From: a virus | Taxonomy: Duplodnaviria; Caudoviricetes | Direction: 5' to 3' (one strand) | IMG/VR virus record: IMGVR_UViG_3300027777_000042 | Location: 1 to 57,531 of that record | DNA: 57,531 nt | Part shown: one piece after another, positions 1 through 10,062 of the stretch | Layout of the letters: the number at the start of each line of letters is the position of its first letter | Position numbering within the stretch: the stretch's first letter is position 1 | The notes under the pieces: generated by a model | Told to the model about the DNA's origin: nothing | Seen by the model: the letters and a program-made list of their open reading frames with translations, nothing else | Databases searched by the model: none | Translations under genes and position numbers: made by a program

Positions 1-333
1 TTCAGCTCCTGTACTGTTTGTATATAGTGCTTGCGTTCCAATAGCTGTGTTGTATGTACCTGTTGTGCTAACCCCTGCGTTATATCCAAAAGCAGTTAAA
101 TAAGGTGTACCACCTCCAGTAGTTTGTTTTGCATACACAGTACCCAATGCTGTAGCTGTGGCTTGTGATGCTCCTGCTGTAGGAACAGAACTCCAAGCAC
201 CACTCACATACTGATCTAGTTGACCTGTTGTTGAGTTGTATCCAATCTCACCATTTGCAGGAGATGCAGGGCGAGTGGCTGTTGTCCATGTAGGAAGAAA
301 AGCACCGTTAGTGCCATCAAGAATCATTGTCAT
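1..333 (-). CDS. Tail fibre protein, N-terminal part (runs off the left edge; continues at the right edge, 57531->56286)
   Basis: Hand translation from ATG at 333: MTMILDGTNGAFLPTWTTATRPASPANGEIGYNSTTGQLDQY...NTAIGTQALYTNSTGAE, open to base 1. Same NTAxGxxAL repeat as at the right end. Confidence 0.8.
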   Translation of the reverse strand, partial: MTMILDGTNGAFLPTWTTATRPASPANGEIGYNSTTGQLDQYVSGAWSSVPTAGASQATATALGTVYAKQTTGGGTPYLTAFGYNAGVSTTGTYNTAIGTQALYTNSTGAE

Positions 334-334
334 C

Positions 335-607
335 TTATGCTCCTATCAATGCTGTTACTTCAGCTTGTGTTAAGCCTAGTGCTGTGAGTTTTGCCAATGC
401 TGATGCTTTAGCGTTTGCTTGTGCTTGTTGTTGTTCAGCGTATTGGGATTCTAATGTTGTCAATTGAGCAGTCACAACAGATGGATCTATTGTGATTATG
501 TTTCCATCAACATCGTGTACAACTAATTCATTTAAACTATCACCCCATATAGTAACTGCGTTGGTATGAATTGCTCTTACTGCATCATTTATGGTTGGTT
601 CAATCAT
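335..607 (-). CDS. Small tail-fibre-associated protein
   Basis: 90 aa, ATGA-coupled to the upstream gene, C-terminal helix (AKASALAKLTALGLT), lies among fibre genes. Confidence 0.6.
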   Translation of the reverse strand: MIEPTINDAVRAIHTNAVTIWGDSLNELVVHDVDGNIITIDPSVVTAQLTTLESQYAEQQQAQANAKASALAKLTALGLTQAEVTALIGA

Positions 608-1191
608 GCTGCTATCTCCATTAAAATTATTGAGCCAGTACTATTCCCACCACACCATTGTGCGTTTGTAGCGCCATTTGGGTTTATATATATAGCGTAG
701 GTTGTTGAAGATGTAGTGGATGGCGAATCTAAATAACTTGCACCAAGATTAATTTGTATTGCTGAACTATCACCTTTTAAAATTCCAAGACCATATGCAC
801 CAAGTAAATTTGAGCCATTTTTATATATAGTTCCAATTACATTAATAGCTGCTGATCCATTTCTAATAGGTAAACCAAAAAAAATTAAAATTTTGCTTGT
901 TGTTGCTATTGGTGTAATTGATGCAGTTAAACCAGTTGCGGTAAATACTGATGCCGATGAATCTACTTGAGTAGAATATGTTGCCCCAACAACTTGCAAC
1001 ACAGAACCAGTTTGTTGCAATATAGGATTACCAGTACTATTTAATATTTTTGTACCACTTGCTAATGTAAGTTGTTGTCCTGAACTAATCGTCAACGCAG
1101 TTGTTCCTGCTGTTTGTAATTGCAACTGACCACTTGTGTCACCTGTGGAAATTAGCCCACCCGAAGTTGCCGCATTGATAATACTAGCCAT
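604..1191 (-). CDS. Tail-fibre/receptor-binding-like structural protein
   Basis: G/S/T-rich beta-type sequence; GSVLQVV...LDSPSTTSSTTY...ILMEIAA pattern typical of aquatic phage fibre-module proteins. Confidence 0.6.
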   Translation of the reverse strand: MASIINAATSGGLISTGDTSGQLQLQTAGTTALTISSGQQLTLASGTKILNSTGNPILQQTGSVLQVVGATYSTQVDSSASVFTATGLTASITPIATTSKILIFFGLPIRNGSAAINVIGTIYKNGSNLLGAYGLGILKGDSSAIQINLGASYLDSPSTTSSTTYAIYINPNGATNAQWCGGNSTGSIILMEIAA

Positions 1192-1193
1192 GT

Positions 1194-2336
1194 TTATTTC
1201 CCTTCAAGAGCAGTTATACGCTCTGTTAGTGATGTAATTGTTGCTGATTGTGCTGTGATGAGCGTGTGCATTTCTTGGATTGCTTTTGTTAATACAGCAG
1301 TCATGTTGCCATAAGATAGTCCAAGCAAACCGTTATTCTCATCAACAAGTTCTGGTAGTATGGATTGAACTTCTTGAGCAATAAAACCAATTTGTTTTGG
1401 TTCGTACCCTTTTACATTGTAATTTCTTGGTTTTAATTGCAGTATTTCTGGCAAACCATAGGTTAAATCTACAATATTTTCTTTCAAAGAAACATCAGAT
1501 GTATTAGTAAAAGAACCTGCAAGAGTTAAGTAACCTCTAAGTGTTCCCTCTCCAGAATAAAAACTCATATTATTACTAGAAGTACCTTGATACCATGTGT
1601 ATGTACCATTATTTATACCAAAAGTGTATGTACCAGAGTATTGAACAAATAAACCACAACCAGTTGTTGAAGGTGTAACGCCAATTCCAACTCTACCAGT
1701 AGAGTCTATACGCATCCTTTCTGTATTTCCCCCTGCATAAAATACCATATCAGCGGCATTTAAAGCAGTGCCATAACCTGCAATAGCACATCCACCAGTT
1801 GTAGAAGAGCCTGATGTAAATAGTATTTGTGCGCCATCTCCTACAGCAGTGCCGGGGTTGTTCAACCTAATTGATGTAGTTGCCCCTGCTCCAGTTGCAT
1901 TAACAACATCTAATCTATAACTTGGGCTTGTTTGACCTATACCTACATTGCCTACATTAAAAGTGTATCCCGTAGCATAAAACCCCATTTTTGCATAAGC
2001 TGTTTGAGCATTATCTGTAGCTTGTAAATATACGCCTGTACCTGATGCTTGCGGTTGAATTCTAAATAAATCAGAACTAGCAGCAGTTACGATAAAATTG
2101 GATTGATTAGATGCTGTTCCATTTACAGTTAGCGATGTACCATTAAACTGTAACGCACTCCCAGTAGCCAAAGCACTTGTACTAGAAGCATAAGCCACAC
2201 CATTCGTTGTGAACCCTGCTCCTGATGTTTGTATTGTTCCAGTTTCAGCAGGCAGAGTAATTGTGTACGTCCCTGTTGATGCTGGAGTTATTGTGGTGCT
2301 TCCACTTGAAGAACCCGCCAAGACTAAATTTCCCAT
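1194..2336 (-). CDS. Tail fibre with C-terminal intramolecular chaperone (peptidase S74-type)
   Basis: GNVGIG and ERMRIDSTGRVGIG repeats; TSDVSLKENI...GFIAQEV...coiled coil is the S74 signature. Confidence 0.85.
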   Translation of the reverse strand: MGNLVLAGSSSGSTTITPASTGTYTITLPAETGTIQTSGAGFTTNGVAYASSTSALATGSALQFNGTSLTVNGTASNQSNFIVTAASSDLFRIQPQASGTGVYLQATDNAQTAYAKMGFYATGYTFNVGNVGIGQTSPSYRLDVVNATGAGATTSIRLNNPGTAVGDGAQILFTSGSSTTGGCAIAGYGTALNAADMVFYAGGNTERMRIDSTGRVGIGVTPSTTGCGLFVQYSGTYTFGINNGTYTWYQGTSSNNMSFYSGEGTLRGYLTLAGSFTNTSDVSLKENIVDLTYGLPEILQLKPRNYNVKGYEPKQIGFIAQEVQSILPELVDENNGLLGLSYGNMTAVLTKAIQEMHTLITAQSATITSLTERITALEGK

Positions 2337-2346
2337 GTCTATTCCT

Positions 2347-3264
2347 TTATAAGATTATCCAGCGAGCGCCAGATTGCAGAGTTACTGATACCGAAGCACC
2401 CAATGTGATTGGCCCTGCTGACATTGCACTCTGCGTTGCAGGTATTGAGTAACTTGTGTTGATGGTTTGATTATTTATGATTAAACCATTACCTGCAACT
2501 AACTGTTCTGATTGAAAGTCACCTGTGCTTGGTTTAAAAAGTAATTTAGCATTACCTGTGTTTAAACTTGATACTGTACCACTTGTCGATGTAGCAAATA
2601 CTGGATAAAGATTAGTTGATGTTGTTGTATCGTTGCTTAACGTGATGTTTGTACCTGCTGTACCCCAAGTACCATCGCCCCTCCAAAATGTTGATGCAGT
2701 CGCACCCGTACCACCATTAAGATTGGTTACTGGTAAATTACCTGTTACATCAGCAGTCAAAGATACTGCACCAAAAGTAGGCACACCACTTGGATTACCG
2801 TGAAGAACAGTAGTGGTTGTACCTGCGGCAGTTGATGTTGGGGCGACTCCTGCACCTCCTCCAATGACAACACCGTACTGCGTTAAAGCACCAGAAGATA
2901 CCAATGTGCCAGTTGCTGTGTAGGCTAGAACACCTCCAGAAGTTCCTGATGTTAAGCCAGTACCTCCATTGGCAACTGGCAAAGCAGTACCAGACAAAGT
3001 AATTGCAAGCGTACCACTTGTGGTAATTGGAGAACCTGCAATTGACAAAAACGCAGGGACAGTAGCCGCAACGCTTGTAACTGAACCTGATGAACCTGCA
3101 TTACTAGCAAGAAGTTTAACTGTACCCGCACTGTTCTTAAAATACAATTTTTCATCAACCGTATTAAGTGCTAACTCGCCTGCAACAAGATTTCCAGAAG
3201 ATGGTGTTGCCGCCGCAGTCGTGCTGTAGTACAGCGAAATTGGTGTAAAGTTTGTAGCCGCCAT
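2347..3264 (-). CDS. Tail fibre / virion structural protein
   Basis: GELALNTVDEKLYFKN N-terminal anchor motif, LPVANGGTG repeats, G/T/S-rich. Confidence 0.7.
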   Translation of the reverse strand: MAATNFTPISLYYSTTAAATPSSGNLVAGELALNTVDEKLYFKNSAGTVKLLASNAGSSGSVTSVAATVPAFLSIAGSPITTSGTLAITLSGTALPVANGGTGLTSGTSGGVLAYTATGTLVSSGALTQYGVVIGGGAGVAPTSTAAGTTTTVLHGNPSGVPTFGAVSLTADVTGNLPVTNLNGGTGATASTFWRGDGTWGTAGTNITLSNDTTTSTNLYPVFATSTSGTVSSLNTGNAKLLFKPSTGDFQSEQLVAGNGLIINNQTINTSYSIPATQSAMSAGPITLGASVSVTLQSGARWIIL

Positions 3265-5447
3265 TAGAATGTTCCTCCAAATATACCAGTTGTTGCCGTT
3301 ACAGTTGTTGCGGATACAGTAGTAAATGCGCCCGTGTTTGTAGATGTAGCACCAACAGTACCATTGATGTTAATAGAGGCTGTTCCCGTCAGGTTTGTAA
3401 CCGTTCCACTTGAAGGTGTACCCAAAACCCCACCATTTACTACAAAAGCGCCTGCCGTTCCTACATTAACACCTAAAGCGGTGACTACACCTGTTCCTAA
3501 GCTGGTAATCCCTGTTCCGCCATTGGCAACAGGAAGAGTGCCTGAAACGTCAGCAGTAAGACTCACAGCCCCAAAAATAGGTGCTCCTGAAGCGTTACCA
3601 TGTAAAACCGTTGTGGAAGTTCCTGCGCTCGTCGTAGCCAACGCTGTTGTTGATGAAGCGTAAGTCACACCATATTGCGTAAAAGCGCTAGATTGACCTG
3701 TACCGCCAGCCGTATTTGGCAAAGTTCCTGTGGTCAACGCTGATGTTGATGTGGCGTACATTGCACCACCAGAGGTGAATGATGTGAGGTTTGTTCCGCC
3801 ATTTGCTGTGGCCAATGTTCCCGCGACCGTTATCACGCCTGATGTAGCGGTTGACGGGGTTAAACCCGTTGTGCCAAATGACAAAGTTGTCACCGCCACG
3901 CCTGACAGAGTAGACCACTGCGGAGCGGTCGCGCCTGAATTAACCGTCAACACTTGACCCGCAGTACCTATAGCTAGGGTTGAATGCGCGCTTGTTCCTG
4001 CGCCGTATCCTAAAGCACCTATAGCTAAAGATGTTTGACCCGTACCCCCATTACCTACGGGCAACGTGCCTGTGACGCCTGTAGTCAGTGGTAACCCTGT
4101 GGTGTTTGTAAGCGTTCCTGTGAGGGGTGTGCCCAGCGCCCCACCATTCACTACAAAAGCGCCTGAAGATCCTGTATTGACCCCTAAAGCGGTGACTACT
4201 CCTGTACCCGTTGTGACCGTGCTTGGTGTAGCGCCCACACCGCCCCCAACCATCAGCGCATTGCTAGCTAAAAGCGGGCTAGTCGCCCACGTAGTGGCAG
4301 AGCTGAAATAAGGAATCCCGCCTGATGTTCCCGCTATAGTCATAGCGACGGCTGTATTGGGATTAGCTACCGAAATTATACCGCCCGTAAACGCTACAGA
4401 AGTTACCGTTCCCGTTCCTGACACAGCTGTCCAAGTTGGCGCGCCTGAGCCTTGGCTTGTTAAAATTTGCCCCGCAAGCCCTGCAGCTGTCGCAGCATAT
4501 GAGCTCCCATTTCCGTAAATGACGGATCCTGCTGCAGGTGTTGAACTACTATTCGTACCACCTTGGGCTATGGCTAATATACCTGTTGTAACTTGAGAGG
4601 CTTGAATAGCGATTGAAGTGTTTGTTGTGCTGGTAATTTGACCATACGCATTAGTAGTAAAAACGGGAACAACCGAAGCCGAACCATACGTACCCGCAGT
4701 ACCCACCGCGGCCATCGAAATGGTTCCTGAAACGGTAATTGGTCCGCCAGTCAATCCTGCGCCCGTACTGATTGAAGTAACTGAGCCCGCACTCAAAGAA
4801 TTTGAAGTTGCAGCGGTGATACGACCATAAGCGTCAACAGTAATCGTAGCTGCTGTGTATTGCTGGGGTGTAACTGTGGTAGTTGCTAAGCTCAAAGTTG
4901 GGTTACCGCTTGAGCCCGTCCCGTTTGCGACGTTGATTTGACCGCTTGTACCCGTAATTGTAACGGGCGTCAAAGTTGATGAACTACCTATAGCCAGTAA
5001 ACCCGTTCCCGTGGTGTTGGCCAGCGTCAAAGGCAAACCCGTAAGGGATACTGTGGGGTTTCCCGCCACGCCTGATCCGTTAGCAACCGAAAGCCCTGAA
5101 GAGCCTGACACGATTGAAACACCCGTCAAAGTGCTTGAATTAGTTTTGACTTGAATACCCGTGCCCGACGAGATCAATGACGCCAACGCCACTGTAGGGC
5201 TAATCGTATAAGTCCCTTGAGCCCCGCCGTCAGTGATTGATAAGCCCGTGCCAACACTAACATATCTACTATTTGGTAATGTTGACTGTTGTGAAACAGT
5301 TAGGAAAGGTTGTGTTTGTACAGGACTATTTGTAATTGCTGAAACAGTTGTTTGTACTGTTTGCCCATTTTGCACAACAGGCACTAATTCCGCACCTGTA
5401 ATAGCGGTTGGAGCTGTTGGCAACTGTGATATTCGAATATTAGACAT
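3264..5447 (-). CDS. Long tail-fibre-like protein
   Basis: 727 aa, G/T/S/A-rich, ITVDAYGRITAA and LPVxNGGTG repeats, ends GGTF. Confidence 0.7.
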   Translation of the reverse strand: MSNIRISQLPTAPTAITGAELVPVVQNGQTVQTTVSAITNSPVQTQPFLTVSQQSTLPNSRYVSVGTGLSITDGGAQGTYTISPTVALASLISSGTGIQVKTNSSTLTGVSIVSGSSGLSVANGSGVAGNPTVSLTGLPLTLANTTGTGLLAIGSSSTLTPVTITGTSGQINVANGTGSSGNPTLSLATTTVTPQQYTAATITVDAYGRITAATSNSLSAGSVTSISTGAGLTGGPITVSGTISMAAVGTAGTYGSASVVPVFTTNAYGQITSTTNTSIAIQASQVTTGILAIAQGGTNSSSTPAAGSVIYGNGSSYAATAAGLAGQILTSQGSGAPTWTAVSGTGTVTSVAFTGGIISVANPNTAVAMTIAGTSGGIPYFSSATTWATSPLLASNALMVGGGVGATPSTVTTGTGVVTALGVNTGSSGAFVVNGGALGTPLTGTLTNTTGLPLTTGVTGTLPVGNGGTGQTSLAIGALGYGAGTSAHSTLAIGTAGQVLTVNSGATAPQWSTLSGVAVTTLSFGTTGLTPSTATSGVITVAGTLATANGGTNLTSFTSGGAMYATSTSALTTGTLPNTAGGTGQSSAFTQYGVTYASSTTALATTSAGTSTTVLHGNASGAPIFGAVSLTADVSGTLPVANGGTGITSLGTGVVTALGVNVGTAGAFVVNGGVLGTPSSGTVTNLTGTASININGTVGATSTNTGAFTTVSATTVTATTGIFGGTF

Positions 5448-5448
5448 G

Positions 5449-5820
5449 TTATGGGCTCAAATTGTCTAGATTTCCATCAACTTGATCTTGCGAAGTCTCT
5501 GGGGCTATACCAAACTCACCAGCGCTACTTGACACTGCAGACTGACCAGGTCCATTTACCACATTTGGATCAGTTGTAATAGCGTCATTATACTGGGCAA
5601 TATCAGCATCTGGCCTAGGAAATCTAATAGAAATTTTTTCAGTTTGTCTTGCAGGTAATCGATATGGATCACGTTCATCATTGCAACCTTCATTACAAAC
5701 ACGTAATCCAGAAATATTTCTATCATTACCTATATCAGAATAGGCACGTTTCATTTTGCATCTGTCACAAATGGCAATCGATAAGACTGAATTACCAAGT
5801 GTGTCAAGCCAGATGCTCAT
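5449..5820 (-). CDS. Conserved phage protein with CxxC...C-x3-C zinc site
   Basis: AICDRC...LRVCNEGCND motif; coupled to neighbouring genes. Confidence 0.6.
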   Translation of the reverse strand: MSIWLDTLGNSVLSIAICDRCKMKRAYSDIGNDRNISGLRVCNEGCNDERDPYRLPARQTEKISIRFPRPDADIAQYNDAITTDPNVVNGPGQSAVSSSAGEFGIAPETSQDQVDGNLDNLSP

Positions 5821-6881
5821 CTTGTATAGGGTGAAATATTAGGCGCAAAATAGATCGGAGATTTATCCCGTTCTTCTTGTTCAGCTTGCATCCATGTTTC
5901 TTGTGCTTCAGCTTTAATCATGCCAATCCTAGCAGGGTCAACTGCGGGTAATTCTAATGCCATTTGATGTGCTAACATGTTCTGTATGGCAAGATACCAA
6001 CGCTGGGGTATTTCTATTTGTCCCTGCAATGATCCCACGTCTTGGACGTATCTATGACACCATGCGACTATTTGTGGTGCATATGTCTGAGGTGTGGGCC
6101 ACAAATACATACCGGGTTGTGGGATGTTTCTGTCAAACCAGTACTGTAATGGGTAGTTATTTGTAAAATTCTTATTTGGCAAGTTTGTGTAATCATCACG
6201 ATTCATCCTTGCTAGTGGTATTTCCGTTGCATTAGATCCAAACACAACTTGATAAACACCCATGTTAATTCCAGATGTTTGAACAATTCGCCAATAGGGC
6301 TGTGTAGCAGATGGGTCCAGATCATAATAGATCCATGTCCCTGACACCCAATTTACAGCTCCAGGACTATATACAGTCGTCCAAGTAGTTCCATCTGATG
6401 AATACTGTATTTGAATTGTGACAGAACCACTTACAGCAGGCAAAATACCTACTGTGCCCATATAGATTCCACCACCACTACCTAAGTTAATACCAATTGA
6501 ACTAGTGTTATTTGTGCATTGGCAAATATTTGTATATTTACCATCAAAAGCATAGCTTCCATTACCTGTGGTTGAATAACCACCTGTGGTATTTGTAGTG
6601 ACCGTTCTGTAATTTGCATTAAGAACATCATTAATGCCTGTATCTAGATAGTAAATATAGTGATCAGGTACTAATCCATATACTACTTTTTGAATGCACC
6701 AATATTGAATGCCTCTATTTGCTAAATTTGACAGCACATAATATAGACTGTCTTTTGATGCCAATACTTGCTCATCAGTGAGCTCTTCGGCTAATTTTCC
6801 AGCCCTACGAGCACCATGATCAATCAGTTGCTGAACAGTAATAACTGTTTGACCAACTGTTCCGCTTGTATTTAAAGCCAT
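5817..6881 (-). CDS. Putative head-tail adaptor/neck protein
   Basis: 354 aa between head and tail genes; helical N-terminus and PLQYWFDR...YLWPTP...IPQRWY typical of podovirus adaptors. Confidence 0.55.
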   Translation of the reverse strand: MALNTSGTVGQTVITVQQLIDHGARRAGKLAEELTDEQVLASKDSLYYVLSNLANRGIQYWCIQKVVYGLVPDHYIYYLDTGINDVLNANYRTVTTNTTGGYSTTGNGSYAFDGKYTNICQCTNNTSSIGINLGSGGGIYMGTVGILPAVSGSVTIQIQYSSDGTTWTTVYSPGAVNWVSGTWIYYDLDPSATQPYWRIVQTSGINMGVYQVVFGSNATEIPLARMNRDDYTNLPNKNFTNNYPLQYWFDRNIPQPGMYLWPTPQTYAPQIVAWCHRYVQDVGSLQGQIEIPQRWYLAIQNMLAHQMALELPAVDPARIGMIKAEAQETWMQAEQEERDKSPIYFAPNISPYTR

Positions 6882-7514
6882 TTACCATCCTTTTATGTCG
6901 TGCTTTTTGGCTTGTCCGCCATCTTTACAATGCCAATTTTTCAAAGAAGCTTTAGCCCGTGGTGCATCACCTTTTGCATGCTTTACAACACCGGACATAC
7001 GAGCACAAAATGAATTATGTCTAGGACCTGACGCTTGTGGCGCCTTTAAATGACTACCTGTTGCTCTATTAACTTTTTCACGACCTTTTGCAGTTAGTCC
7101 TGCACCTTTATCAGTAGGTCTTTTATCACCTTCTTTAATAGAAAGTCTTACATTTCCACCATTCTTTTTGCTTTGAGAATGTTTTAAATCATATGCAGTA
7201 GGCGCACCTTTGCTCCCAGGTTTGCGCATATGCTCCCCAGAACCATTTTTAATGCGCTCTTGCTTTGCATGAATATTATCCCATAACCCACCGGACTTCA
7301 TATAGCCCATTTTGTTTCTAACTTCAGGCGGTAATTTCTTTAAGCCTTTATTGTCTTCAGGCACAGATTTTAAAGAACCACCATCTTTTTTATTTGCCGC
7401 TCTTTTCATTGCATATGCAATAGCCACGGCTTGTTTAGTGGGTTTACCTGCATGAACTTCTGCAGATATATTCTTACTAAAAGCTTCTTTGGATTTACTT
7501 TTAATAAGTGGCAT
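6882..7514 (-). CDS. Basic Lys-rich protein with xKxGG repeats
   Basis: KQAVAIA and SFCARMSG motifs; KKDGG, MKSGG, KKNGG, CKDGG. Confidence 0.6.
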   Translation of the reverse strand: MPLIKSKSKEAFSKNISAEVHAGKPTKQAVAIAYAMKRAANKKDGGSLKSVPEDNKGLKKLPPEVRNKMGYMKSGGLWDNIHAKQERIKNGSGEHMRKPGSKGAPTAYDLKHSQSKKNGGNVRLSIKEGDKRPTDKGAGLTAKGREKVNRATGSHLKAPQASGPRHNSFCARMSGVVKHAKGDAPRAKASLKNWHCKDGGQAKKHDIKGW

Positions 7515-7516
7515 GA

Positions 7517-7936
7517 TTACACCGTTGGGTTAACGTAATGTTTTTGCATTTCAAGAATGACCGTGTATGAATCTCCAGCACCACCATCTAAAGTAGTAAA
7601 AGAAATTGACCCTGTTTTGCCCGTACCTGAATTGTTTGTCAATCCACCAAAACTTGAATAATCTTGCGTGTACGCATTATTTTGTGGAATAGTCTCAATG
7701 ACTACAGGTGCTGTTGCAACCCAATTCATCTGAACCTCAAGTCCATGCGTCATTGCAGTTACTTTAAGAATGCTTACGGCATCACAAGCACCACCTGCAT
7801 TAGACGCAAGTAAGTTTGCAGGATTTACTTTAACAACAGCAGACTCGTTCTCAGTTGCAGTCATTGTTGCATAAAATTTCATAATAGCGATTCTCTCGCC
7901 ATCAAATATTGTTTGAGATGTAGCTGTAATTGCCAT
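7517..7936 (-). CDS. Hypothetical virion protein
   Basis: 139 aa with AAGGA ribosome-binding site, in the morphogenesis block. Confidence 0.6.
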   Translation of the reverse strand: MAITATSQTIFDGERIAIMKFYATMTATENESAVVKVNPANLLASNAGGACDAVSILKVTAMTHGLEVQMNWVATAPVVIETIPQNNAYTQDYSSFGGLTNNSGTGKTGSISFTTLDGGAGDSYTVILEMQKHYVNPTV

Positions 7937-7947
7937 AATAGTTCCTT

Positions 7948-7973
7948 AAAAAGTAAGGGCCGAAGCCCCTACT
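7948..7973 (-). terminator. Rho-independent terminator after the capsid operon
   Basis: Minus strand AGTAGGGGC-TTCG-GCCCTTACT followed by a T-run; UUCG tetraloop. Confidence 0.8.
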
Positions 7974-7976
7974 AAT

Positions 7977-8759
7977 TTAGCAGTTTTGCATTTTCTTTAC
8001 GGTGGTATAACCACCTGTATCTTTACAAGTCATGGCTACGTGACCACCATTTTTGTATCCGGCAGGACGTTGTTTAATATCACCAGTCTTACCTTTTACA
8101 GTAGGCATTTTAGAACCATCATTCATGTTACTTACAAATTTACTTGCAGTACTAGCTTTAATTGTGCCGCCACCTTTATAACCTCTGCCTTCAACACCGG
8201 CTGTTTTAGTGTTAAAAGATTTAGTTTGTTTAGCTTCATTAACTTTATCTTGCACATTAATTTTAGGCTTCATTGCATTACGTGCTTGAAACTTATCACC
8301 TTTAGCGGCTAAACCACCATCGGCTTTATGCATCATTTTTCCACCGTGTTTATAACCAGGTGAACGAACACCGCCTGTGCCTGCAGGTTTTGTAGGACCT
8401 TTATCCATTACGCCACCTAACAAACCACCGGGTACTGCACTAGCTCTACCACCCATTTTAAGACCGTGATGTGCTTTAGACGCTTTCATGTGCTCATGAT
8501 GCTTAAGTTCTTTTTCGATCTTATGCATCTCTTTCATTTCAGCTTTTTCAGCTTTACCACCTTCTTTTCGCATAATAGGCATTGCAGCAGGTGGTTTTGT
8601 AGCAGGTCGTTTCATCATAGGAGGGGGCATCATTCCCATGCCTCCCATAGCCATATGCTTTTTACTAGTATGACCACCTTTTTTCATACCACCACCGACT
8701 TCATCGGCTTTTGGTTCAGTAGTCATCATTTTTGGTTCGCGCTTAAATGAAGTTGCCAT
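7977..8759 (-). CDS. Low-complexity K/G/M/H-rich basic protein (putative internal head protein)
   Basis: AGGAGG RBS; eight xxxGG motifs (MKKGG, YKHGG, YKGGG, YKNGG and others). Confidence 0.65.
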   Translation of the reverse strand: MATSFKREPKMMTTEPKADEVGGGMKKGGHTSKKHMAMGGMGMMPPPMMKRPATKPPAAMPIMRKEGGKAEKAEMKEMHKIEKELKHHEHMKASKAHHGLKMGGRASAVPGGLLGGVMDKGPTKPAGTGGVRSPGYKHGGKMMHKADGGLAAKGDKFQARNAMKPKINVQDKVNEAKQTKSFNTKTAGVEGRGYKGGGTIKASTASKFVSNMNDGSKMPTVKGKTGDIKQRPAGYKNGGHVAMTCKDTGGYTTVKKMQNC

Positions 8760-8771
8760 GTTGGCCTCCTA

Positions 8772-10028
8772 TTAGGATACTAAGTTTTGGTTAACACCAA
8801 CAGCACCAGTGCGTGTAGCATTGGGTCCTACCGCAATACCGGGTAACAAAATACCCATTACTGTGCGATTAATACCATCAGATGCCGTACCAGGAACATA
8901 AGTTCCTCTAACATCACCTGTGGTTGTTGTTGCAGTTGCGGTATCTGCGGCTACAAATGTTCCAGTATCTTGTGCAAGTGTGCTATTTGTTTTAACGCTT
9001 GCAATATATGCTACATTAAACACACGAACTGGCAAACCAAGAATATCTGTAGTACCAACTGTAAGAGCAGTTCCTGTGGCACCACTTGTAGTAATAGAAC
9101 TGATTTGAAAGAAAGCTTTCTTACCATTTACTGCAGTGCTAACTGCGGCACTTGAAGTAATTGCTTCACTCATAGGTTGACCATAATAATCATAGCCAGT
9201 GACTGTGATTGTTTGTGGCGCAGCACCCAAAGTATAAGTCAAACCAGTTGGTGTACCTGCTGTAGTAACAACTGCCCCACCTGCGGTTGTTGTCAAAGTT
9301 GCGCTTGTTGCTGTTACTGCACTCAGGATATAAGTCGTTGGGTTGGTATAACCTGTAATCGTACCTGTACCACCTAAAGTGCCAGAAATAGTCATGCGTT
9401 GACCAGTGAACACGTTTGCGTTAGAGGTAAAAGTAATTTGACCTCCAGTTCCAGCAATAATAACACTTGCCAATACAGAACCTGTTGCAGTTCCTGTGGT
9501 TGCTTTAACTGCTCTTGGCAAATCTAATTGCAACACAGTAGTACCATCAGTACGAATAACTGATTTAACTGATGTGCCAGCTGTTAGTGTTAAACTGCCT
9601 GAAGTTGTAGGCGTTTGTGATGCAGCAATATTATTTGCCACCAATGTTTGAGGAATAACATCCCAAACATAAATACGACCTAATGGTCCCACACCTAAAT
9701 CCATTGGTGCAGGATCATCAAAAGCGATGTTTCCATGCAATGTTAATGCAGTAGTATTTGCAATGTTAATTGCTTGGCTAAGTGTGTAAGTACCAATCCC
9801 ACCTGTACCAGTGCCAAAAGCACTAATATAAGTCCCATCAGTTACACTTGAACCATCAACATACATACCCAAAACAATTGGTGCACCTTGATTAAGTGCT
9901 GTAATTGTCAGTGTTGTTGAAGATGTACCACCTGTGCCACCAGTGGCAGTGGCAGTATATGGGCGAATTCCAACACCCATGTAAGTCTGGGCTGGTCCTA
10001 GAAATAGATCATCTGAAAATTGTGGCAT
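8772..10028 (-). CDS. Virion structural protein (capsid-associated); start corrected to MPQFSDDLF
   Basis: AAGGAG at 10037-10042 precedes the ATG at 10028; T/G/A-rich; directly after the major capsid gene. Confidence 0.65.
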   Translation of the reverse strand: MPQFSDDLFLGPAQTYMGVGIRPYTATATGGTGGTSSTTLTITALNQGAPIVLGMYVDGSSVTDGTYISAFGTGTGGIGTYTLSQAINIANTTALTLHGNIAFDDPAPMDLGVGPLGRIYVWDVIPQTLVANNIAASQTPTTSGSLTLTAGTSVKSVIRTDGTTVLQLDLPRAVKATTGTATGSVLASVIIAGTGGQITFTSNANVFTGQRMTISGTLGGTGTITGYTNPTTYILSAVTATSATLTTTAGGAVVTTAGTPTGLTYTLGAAPQTITVTGYDYYGQPMSEAITSSAAVSTAVNGKKAFFQISSITTSGATGTALTVGTTDILGLPVRVFNVAYIASVKTNSTLAQDTGTFVAADTATATTTTGDVRGTYVPGTASDGINRTVMGILLPGIAVGPNATRTGAVGVNQNLVS

Positions 10029-10062
10029 TTTGTCTGCTCCTTGAAAAGTTTGACAATAATAG

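Noticed and set aside
1-5447. Diversity-generating retroelement or invertible fibre system
   Set aside because: No reverse transcriptase, recombinase or adenine-only-variant template repeat seen.
2969-5469. Several V/P/A-rich plus-strand ORFs
   Set aside because: Antisense shadows of G/T-rich fibre genes.
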